Shown here: positions 57,229 through 64,000 of the stretch, piece by piece
How the letters are laid out: every line of letters starts with the position of its first letter
How positions within the stretch are numbered: position 1 is the first letter of the stretch
Virus record (IMG/VR): IMGVR_UViG_3300043449_002450
Coordinates: 96,001 to 160,000 of that record
DNA from: a virus
Strand: one strand, 5' to 3'
DNA: 64,000 bases
The notes under the pieces: generated by a model
What the model was told of the DNA's origin: nothing
The model's input: the letters and a program-made list of their open reading frames with translations, nothing else
Databases searched by the model: none
Made by a program: the position numbers and the translations under genes

Positions 57229-59658
57229 ATGAAAGTTCTAATTTCTGAGGTAGCGCTAAGGCGTGCAATTGCGAAAATGTTGCTAGAAGCTCGCCAGACC
57301 GTAAATTTCTTAGAACGCATGGATGAAAAAGCTGTAGCAGCAGTAAAAAATGATGTTATACAGTTTCTTAACATCGTTTTTCTCAATATCGATGATGCTG
57401 AAACGCATACTGATAATCCATTAGCATCCGCCGAAATGTTTGGCACGAGCTACAATGTCACGCTTGGCGAATTAAATATTGATAGTCTTAATGGCGATGA
57501 TCTAAATACTATTTATACGGGCTATCTGGCTGTAAAGTTTGGATCATACGTAAAGACGCCAGGTGGTGCCACTGTGCCCATCTATGACCTAGTCGGTGAA
57601 CTTGACGGTGTCATGATATCTCTGGGTTATGGACAAAATCTTTCTATAAAAGATCTCAACCGGTTCACTCTAAACCTAACACGTGGCGGACCGTTGACAG
57701 CGCAATCCGATGATCCGAGCGTTGCGAAATCGCGCGACCCAAGTGCAGAGACAGGAACTGCAACGTATTACTCAGAGGAGCCTGAACCAGGGGAGCCGGA
57801 GTCGGGTCGTGAGTCTACAGTTGCAATATCAGATCTAATAGACACGCTTGTGAAAGGCTCTAATGTGACCGGCAACATCCAAGAGTTTCTTGGAAAGTAT
57901 CGAGCCGAGCAGGTTACACCACTAGCAGACAGCCTTTCAATTATTGTCGATGCTATGGCATCTGCGGGACCTATAAAGGGCCTCACATCAATCTTTACTG
58001 TTGATATTTTGAACCCAACTGAGCTCGAAGACGTTGCAAATGAGCTATTAAAATCCTATAAGTCACCTGTGACGCTAGCTGCAACAGCTGCACGTCCCCC
58101 AAGCGTTGCAGCATACTCGCTTGTTGACGCGTGCAATTTAAGCTACGGTGATGAGAAATCTGGCCTCAAAGAATTTGCGGGTCTCTTCTTGGTCTCTCTT
58201 GTATTGAATTCAATCTTAATTGCCAGGGGCGTGGGCGTGAGCAATCCAGCATTTTCAGGCGCTGAGAAGCGCCTCAGAAGGTTAACACGCAATGTAGAAG
58301 AGCTGGATGTAAAACTTGCTACACTTAAAGGCACGCCCCAATATGAAAGGTTTATGGCAGTCAAGAAAGAATTGGAGGCTATAAAGCTCGAAGCTGAGAA
58401 GGCTGTGAGCGACCTAAAGACATCTAAAGAAATTGCTACGTCCTCGCCAGACGCCAGAAAATTTATAACACCTAGCTCTAATCTCGATAGCGACGTAATC
58501 GATCTAAAACAAAAAGTAGCTGACAAGGCGTTAAATCTAGCCAGAGACAAGCAGGCAATGAGTGCATATCTCGAAGATTACTCGGCCTACAGACAAGCAC
58601 TCATTGATGAGCAGGAAAAGATTAGAAAGTCATATGACGCTGCAAAAACAGCGCTTGAGGCTCGCGCCACGAGAAAGTATGAGTCCGATTTGGCACTATA
58701 TAATCAGGCAAACAAGAGCACAAAAGGCAGATCAACTGTTCCAGTTCCCTCGTTACCAGCAGATCCGACGCCAGATGAAATCATCAGTCGAGCGCTGGGC
58801 ACCACTGATCCCGCGCGCATCGCTGAGTTTAGGCGCGTCCTAGATATCAGCATACCTCCAGCAAAGCCGCCGCCAACGTCAACATCGTTGCCCACCACAG
58901 CCCGCGCGCCCAGGTCGCCTGTGAAGCCACCCCTTGCAGTTGGCGATCCAAGCACACCTGAATTTGAGGCGTGGGTCAAAAATGTCGAGACCTTCAAGCA
59001 GAAAATTGATGATATTGAGACACTTGAAACACTTGTTGCACGCAAGAGAGCAGAAGTCAGCAGAACTGAGGGGAGAATTCCTACCAATGTTGATGCTGAG
59101 CTTCGAGGCATAGAAGCTGATATTGAGGACGCCAAAACCATAGTTGATAGATTCAAAAAGCAGAAAGCATCTCTTGAAGATGGCATGCCTGATACAGGAG
59201 AAACAACGAGCCAGTGGGTGGCACGCGCCGTGGACGACTTTACCCAAATTCATGGAATTGGCTCCCTGCTAGGTAAATTTGTTACCATGGTAGCATTAAC
59301 TGAGGTTGCAGCAATCGCGGTAGCAGCTATCTATAGATCTTTCTCCACGTGGTCGCCAGATGAGCAGCTTATCTCGCAGTGTCTTGATAGAGGTTTCACT
59401 CAATACGCAGGCGGCCAAGCCAATTTTAAGCCAAGCGCGTCTATGAACAAACTAGAGAGCATGGCTGCTGATGTATACTCATCGGGCACGATAGCTCGAG
59501 CACGACTCGATTGGTTCAACACAAAAGAAGAGGAGCAGGCCTACTACGCCCTAGCGAGGGCGGTCGCGAAGTTTGCAAGTGAAGCAGTGTCACCCAGCGG
59601 TGCAACATCAACCGCTGCGGCTTCGCTCCAGACAGCACTCGACAAGGTGAAAGCATGA
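57229..59658 (+). CDS. Large coiled-coil protein with two hydrophobic segments (candidate virion/ejection protein)
   Basis: LRRAIAKMLLE leader; LFLVSLVLNSILIA and FVTMVALTEVAAIAVAAIY flank coiled coils. Confidence 0.65.
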   Translation: MKVLISEVALRRAIAKMLLEARQTVNFLERMDEKAVAAVKNDVIQFLNIVFLNIDDAETHTDNPLASAEMFGTSYNVTLGELNIDSLNGDDLNTIYTGYLAVKFGSYVKTPGGATVPIYDLVGELDGVMISLGYGQNLSIKDLNRFTLNLTRGGPLTAQSDDPSVAKSRDPSAETGTATYYSEEPEPGEPESGRESTVAISDLIDTLVKGSNVTGNIQEFLGKYRAEQVTPLADSLSIIVDAMASAGPIKGLTSIFTVDILNPTELEDVANELLKSYKSPVTLAATAARPPSVAAYSLVDACNLSYGDEKSGLKEFAGLFLVSLVLNSILIARGVGVSNPAFSGAEKRLRRLTRNVEELDVKLATLKGTPQYERFMAVKKELEAIKLEAEKAVSDLKTSKEIATSSPDARKFITPSSNLDSDVIDLKQKVADKALNLARDKQAMSAYLEDYSAYRQALIDEQEKIRKSYDAAKTALEARATRKYESDLALYNQANKSTKGRSTVPVPSLPADPTPDEIISRALGTTDPARIAEFRRVLDISIPPAKPPPTSTSLPTTARAPRSPVKPPLAVGDPSTPEFEAWVKNVETFKQKIDDIETLETLVARKRAEVSRTEGRIPTNVDAELRGIEADIEDAKTIVDRFKKQKASLEDGMPDTGETTSQWVARAVDDFTQIHGIGSLLGKFVTMVALTEVAAIAVAAIYRSFSTWSPDEQLISQCLDRGFTQYAGGQANFKPSASMNKLESMAADVYSSGTIARARLDWFNTKEEEQAYYALARAVAKFASEAVSPSGATSTAAASLQTALDKVKA

Positions 59659-62003
59659 TCAATCCTCATCTGGAATCGCTTCAAGAGCTGCGTGGCATCA
59701 TTAGATCACTTCTACTGGAAGGAGCGCCACCGCCAGAGACTTTCACAAGAAAAAGTGACAGCACGACCTTTGCTAAGGCGTCAGGACCGGATGTTGGTAA
59801 TCCCAGAAAGCCTTACAAGTATACGGGCACCCCTAGGGGTGGCAAAGAGGAAACTCTCACATTCACTGATAATGCGGATGCCAACGCTAAGATTGCAAAA
59901 CTGACGGGCACTGCTGCACCCGCCGCTGCGCCTGGTGCTAAAAAGAGTGACAAAGCAGATGGCAAAGTCGCAAGTCTTGACAGCAGCGTAAGTTTTGAAA
60001 AGTTGAACAGAACGCTTGTCACGTATCACGACAAAAATGGTCTGCAACTTGGACCAGCTGGGTATAACGGCAAAGTCATCAATGCCGACAAAATACCCAC
60101 CGAGATGACAGCCAAGCCAAACATCGCTTCTGCAGCGACTGTCGCCTACCTGATCAGCGTGTGCGAGAGCTTACAGGCCAAAGTCAACGAGGCAAAGTCA
60201 CAACAAGATAAGGAGAGCTTCTTCACACGTTGGAAAAATCGAAAGCAGCGCTCTGCACAAATTAGCAGCATTGATCAGCTATATGACGAGACTGCTTGGA
60301 AAGCGCTTATCACATCGCTCAAGAATAGCGATTCACGCCCGTCCGGCATCACACCAGTGCTTGTTACATACATCAACGCCGTCAAAGATGATGTCTCCCA
60401 AGATCCCGACGGTTTCGCAAGATACATCAGCGACCTTGCATCAGCTTTGCAGACGCCCGGTGCGGATGCCGTGGCGGTCTCATCAGGTGCCGCCCCAACG
60501 CCGGCACCAGCTGCTACTGGCGGTGACATGTCTGATCTTGCTCCGCTCAAAGCTTTCCTCACGGGCAAGGATTCTATCACGGGTGTCAAAGGCCAGATTG
60601 ATGATAAAAATGTCGTTACTGCTCTAGTTGGGTTCATAAACAAAACCCTTGCAACTTCACCAACAGATCGCAGCTTCACAGATTCGTCATCGACAAATGA
60701 GCTCATCATGAGTGCTCTCAACGGATTGCAGTCTGCAAAGAAGACTTCTGATCTTAACGCGTGGAAGGGCATAAAACACTTGGGCCAGGAGTTCCCAGGA
60801 ACAGCAGCAGGCCTCGTCCAGTTCCTCAAGTTCTCCTATATAATGCGTGCAGGAGACACAGCGCAAGCAGCCGCGTCCGCAATGGGTTATGCTGATCCTA
60901 GCAGCATCTACACGCCTCAAGACGCGGATTCCGCCTTCAAGGCAGCGCGGATTGTGGGCGCACTGTCACCTGTCGCATACATGACGATCAAGGGTCCCGA
61001 TGGCAAGATACCCAAGGACGCACGTCTCGTGATTAGCAAGCAGCGCGTAGGGACAACAACCGCAGAGCTGCAGAACCTTCCAGGCACAGGGCGCGACGTC
61101 TTTGTAACAACTTTCACCGCAGACTATCCCGATGGCGCAGCGCTTGTCTTCGGTAAGACTAAGGGACAATCTGGCAACGCCATAGTTGACTATGATGGTC
61201 CTACATCAAAGACGATTGTAGACGCAGGAATGGAGCAGGGCATTGTTCTCACATTGCAGATTGGTGACAATGTCTATGTGAAGGAGGGCGCGCAGTTCAC
61301 ATTAGGCAGCGTCATAACTTTTACAGCGGGTGACATAAAGGGCGCAGGGTCCGCGTCTGCTGCAGGACCTGACTTCGTCGATCTCGCAGGCATGCCAGCG
61401 GGCGTCACTGATGTCAGAGGTGTCTCGCAGGAAGGACCGATCCAGTTCAAGTTCCGCAACATCTACCCCGACCGTGAGGGGCGACTGCAGGCGGGCGACA
61501 TCGATGCGACGCTTGACAAGAAGGTCTCGATGAACCGTGATAGGTTCACGATTAGTGTCACTCCGGCGAACAACGATCCCTCCTCGTTCATCCTCGTCCC
61601 CGTCCCAATCAAGCAGAGTCTCCAGGAGGGAGCGCACTGGACCCTCAAGCTGCTTGACACAGGCGCCTCAAAGAAGCAGAGCGTTGTCCTAGTTCCTCTC
61701 ACCGCGATCGAATACAACTTCAAGGGGAATAAGATCGGCTACGGTGAATCCTATGACAACCTGACGACAGTCAGCATCACACCCTACGAGGGCGCGCTCG
61801 GCGCGGATGAAGGTCTCAACGTCAAGACAGTGGGGCAGGTGCTCCAGGATCCTGAGCTTGAGCTCACTCAAGATGACATAGATGCGGCCGTGCGCAACTA
61901 TCTTGTGTCAGACAAGAACCCGATCGGCGGTCCCATGCTGTCATCTGGCCCGCTTCACAACACGATGAACACATATCGTCGCGCCACCCGGGTCACATTC
62001 TAG
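59655..62003 (+). CDS. Large hypothetical protein (candidate virion protein)
   Basis: LRGIIRSLLLE leader; Ala/Pro linkers; beta-rich C-terminal half. Confidence 0.65.
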   Translation: MINPHLESLQELRGIIRSLLLEGAPPPETFTRKSDSTTFAKASGPDVGNPRKPYKYTGTPRGGKEETLTFTDNADANAKIAKLTGTAAPAAAPGAKKSDKADGKVASLDSSVSFEKLNRTLVTYHDKNGLQLGPAGYNGKVINADKIPTEMTAKPNIASAATVAYLISVCESLQAKVNEAKSQQDKESFFTRWKNRKQRSAQISSIDQLYDETAWKALITSLKNSDSRPSGITPVLVTYINAVKDDVSQDPDGFARYISDLASALQTPGADAVAVSSGAAPTPAPAATGGDMSDLAPLKAFLTGKDSITGVKGQIDDKNVVTALVGFINKTLATSPTDRSFTDSSSTNELIMSALNGLQSAKKTSDLNAWKGIKHLGQEFPGTAAGLVQFLKFSYIMRAGDTAQAAASAMGYADPSSIYTPQDADSAFKAARIVGALSPVAYMTIKGPDGKIPKDARLVISKQRVGTTTAELQNLPGTGRDVFVTTFTADYPDGAALVFGKTKGQSGNAIVDYDGPTSKTIVDAGMEQGIVLTLQIGDNVYVKEGAQFTLGSVITFTAGDIKGAGSASAAGPDFVDLAGMPAGVTDVRGVSQEGPIQFKFRNIYPDREGRLQAGDIDATLDKKVSMNRDRFTISVTPANNDPSSFILVPVPIKQSLQEGAHWTLKLLDTGASKKQSVVLVPLTAIEYNFKGNKIGYGESYDNLTTVSITPYEGALGADEGLNVKTVGQVLQDPELELTQDDIDAAVRNYLVSDKNPIGGPMLSSGPLHNTMNTYRRATRVTF

Positions 62004-62082
62004 GGGGGCACACGATAAATCGAACGGGACCTACCAGAAGCTGGCTGGGTCAACTCGAAAGAAATAATGGGTAGATAAACAC

Positions 62083-62364
62083 TTGTCGAGAAAAACGCAA
62101 CACGCATCATCTGGGGCAGCATGGTGGCTTTACATCGTCGAGTGCGCTGATGGAAGCTTATACACTGGTGTGACGACCGACGTCAGCCGCAGGATCGCGG
62201 AGCACAACGGAAGCTCGCGCGGTGCCAGATACACGAGGAGCAGGCGCCCTGTCACTCTTCGTTACATGCAGCCCTGCATCGATCGATCCGACGCCCAGAA
62301 GCACGAGGCGAGGATCAAGCGACTTAGCAGGGCGGATAAGCTTCGCCTGCTGGAGAAAATATGA
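62083..62364 (+). CDS. GIY-YIG nuclease (UPF0213/YhbQ-like)
   Basis: LYIVECADGSLYTGVTTD..RR..EHN..GARYTR.RRP. Confidence 0.88.
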   Translation: MSRKTQHASSGAAWWLYIVECADGSLYTGVTTDVSRRIAEHNGSSRGARYTRSRRPVTLRYMQPCIDRSDAQKHEARIKRLSRADKLRLLEKI

Positions 62365-62654
62365 CGCGCACGATCCGACGCTCGGCTATCAGAGACCTTC
62401 CGCCCACAGCTGACAGCCCGCAGGCGCCTCCCGCGGTCACATCGACGCCAACGCAGGGCGCGCGCATCAAGGTGAAAACATTCAGCGGCGTGACTATTGA
62501 CGCTGTCATCCGCGACGTCCGCAATGTGGGTGATGGCTGGATCGCGACAGCACGGATGACCGATCATATGCAGCTCGCCCTCCTCCGCCGTGCGGGTGTC
62601 CCCGCTCACGCCATCGATGAGGACTTTACCGTCTTTGACTGGCAGGTCATCTGA
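62361..62654 (+). CDS. Hypothetical protein
   Basis: GGAG RBS, ATGA overlap. Confidence 0.6.
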   Translation: MTRTIRRSAIRDLPPTADSPQAPPAVTSTPTQGARIKVKTFSGVTIDAVIRDVRNVGDGWIATARMTDHMQLALLRRAGVPAHAIDEDFTVFDWQVI

Positions 62655-62673
62655 CAAAGAGATAGTTATGCAC

Positions 62674-63189
62674 ATGGAAAACATCGTCACAATCAAGATC
62701 GAGCAGAGCGGAGACCAGGTCCTTCACGAGTTCTACTTCTCCTACATTGCCTACCTCAGGGCAGCATACGTCTGGTTCCACTCAGCGCACCACGCGACAC
62801 GCGGCGTCTCATTCTCGGGTGATCACACATCTCTCTACACGAAGATCTATGAGTTCTTCGAGGCGGAGATCGATGGTGTCATCGAGAAGGGTGTCGCGCA
62901 GGTGGGCATGGAGCTTGTCTGTCCGAAAGAGCAGCTCGCTGCAGCGGCACAGATTGTCTGCTGCTATCCCTCACCCGCCACCGTGTCTCCCACCGCCATC
63001 GCGGCAACGGGCCTTTGCTTCGTCAAGGACATCGTCGAGTTCATCGAGGAGCAATTTAAGTGTCTGGAGGACAAGGGCTGCCTCAGCCTTGGGCTCAATG
63101 ACATGCTAGCCGCACACGCCAATGGGATCGAGACCTTCATCTATCTGCTCAAGCAGCGGACAGCTGTTGAGATGGAAGGCAACCTTTAA
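62674..63189 (+). CDS. Dps/ferritin-like four-helix protein
   Basis: HSAHH..RG.SF..DH..LY..IYE.....IDG..EK, GLNDML; ATAGTTA 5 nt before the ATG. Confidence 0.7.
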   Translation: MENIVTIKIEQSGDQVLHEFYFSYIAYLRAAYVWFHSAHHATRGVSFSGDHTSLYTKIYEFFEAEIDGVIEKGVAQVGMELVCPKEQLAAAAQIVCCYPSPATVSPTAIAATGLCFVKDIVEFIEEQFKCLEDKGCLSLGLNDMLAAHANGIETFIYLLKQRTAVEMEGNL

Positions 63190-63218
63190 TCTCGGCATGC
63201 ACGCTGTAGAATGGATGC

Positions 63219-63713
63219 ATGAGCATATTCACACATCCAAAACACTTAGTTGAGGCAGCAGCAGCTGACGGTCCCTGGCCCGATCGTGGCTGTGTAGTCA
63301 CCTCCGGCGGCTTTGACCCAATGCACGTGGGTCACCTTCGCTGCATCCTAGAATCGGCTGACCTTGCACAGCGTTCTGGCATGCCGCTTATCGTCATCGT
63401 CAACGGCGACGGATTCTTGCACAGGAAGAAGGGTTACGCCTTCATGCCTCACGAGGAGCGCATGGAGATAATCGCAGGAATCCGCGGTGTCGATCATGTC
63501 GTGGGCTGGGATGACGGCAGCCAGTTCGTCACAGAAGCGCTCCGCATCCTGCGCCCTGCCTTCTTCACGAAGGGCGGAGATCGTGACACAGCAGCGAATG
63601 TCCCGGAGTTCGACCTTTGTAATGCGATCCGCTGCACCGTATTATTTGGTGTCGGCGGCGGCAAGATCCAATCATCTTCGGATCTTGTCCGCGCCATTAA
63701 GGAGCACCGATGA
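63219..63713 (+). CDS. Cytidylyltransferase-like (RfaE/TagD family)
   Basis: SGGFDPMHVGH, VNGD, ER.EI, KGGD, KIQSSS. Confidence 0.85.
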   Translation: MSIFTHPKHLVEAAAADGPWPDRGCVVTSGGFDPMHVGHLRCILESADLAQRSGMPLIVIVNGDGFLHRKKGYAFMPHEERMEIIAGIRGVDHVVGWDDGSQFVTEALRILRPAFFTKGGDRDTAANVPEFDLCNAIRCTVLFGVGGGKIQSSSDLVRAIKEHR

Positions 63714-64000
63714 GGATCGTCAAGAAGCCGTGGGGCCATGAGGAGATTTGGGCAGAGACCGACAAGTATCTGGGTAAGATCCTCTACATCAATGCCGGAA
63801 AGCGTCTATCTCTTCAATATCACGAGCGCAAGGTTGAGACAATCCGAGTCCTCCAGGGCAAGCTAATGCTTGTCATCCAAGAGGGGCGAGATGGTCCCAT
63901 CTACAATAAGACCTTGTCTGAGGGTGAGACATACCATGTCGCGCAGGGCACGATCCACAGGTTCTGTGCGGGCGATGCAGATGTCTCGATCGTCGAGGTC
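63710..64000 (+). CDS. Cupin (mannose-6-phosphate isomerase type II-like), truncated by the window end
   Basis: MRIVKKPWGHEEIWA...LSLQYH..K.ET, GTIHR. Confidence 0.8.
   Translation, partial: MRIVKKPWGHEEIWAETDKYLGKILYINAGKRLSLQYHERKVETIRVLQGKLMLVIQEGRDGPIYNKTLSEGETYHVAQGTIHRFCAGDADVSIVEV

Noticed and set aside
62004-62082. Possible small structured RNA in the intergenic gap
   Set aside because: Only one imperfect hairpin; nothing supports a defined ncRNA or tRNA.
62083-62364. GIY-YIG as a homing endonuclease or mobile element
   Set aside because: Only about 90 aa of UPF0213 type, with no DNA-binding extension and no interrupted host gene.
1-64000. CRISPR arrays, tRNAs, stop-codon reassignment
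   Set aside because: No spaced repeats or cloverleafs were seen; genes are full length in the standard code and end in all three stop codons.

Overview
This is a 64-kb segment of a large (jumbo-type) contractile-tailed phage genome, about 50% GC, densely coding and almost all on the + strand. It runs as follows. (1) Tail module, 1-14 kb: two tandem sheath genes, tube, a chaperone with a probable +1 frameshift, tape measure and baseplate. (2) Replication and recombination: minimal PolA domain, HD protein, SSB, RecA, 5'-3' exonuclease, DnaB-like helicase, class II RNR, ClpP and ThyX. (3) A nucleotide-metabolism cluster wrapped around DnaE, 25.9-39 kb, which looks like an unrecognised pyrimidine-modification pathway: MBD4-like and Nei glycosylases, two all-alpha dNTP pyrophosphatases, a HAD domain, a second ThyX with Cys in place of the motif Ser, a nucleotide N-glycosidase, two nucleotide-sugar SDR enzymes, and a dNMP kinase fused to a minimal cytosine-type thymidylate-synthase domain. 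(4) Many orphan genes behind a late-promoter-like motif (ATAnnTA) that share an N-terminal amphipathic helix ending in L/I-x-E, among them an Fe/Mn SOD. (5) Host-takeover genes: GroEL, HSP20, a sigma70 factor whose region 4.2 HTH appears to sit in the next gene, GreA, a GapR-like protein, DinG and Dps. Two promoter classes, frequent leaderless starts, promoters embedded in hairpins and near-absence of GTAC are visible in the sequence. No tRNA, rRNA, CRISPR array or IS element was seen. All calls come from motif recognition by eye; no searches were run.
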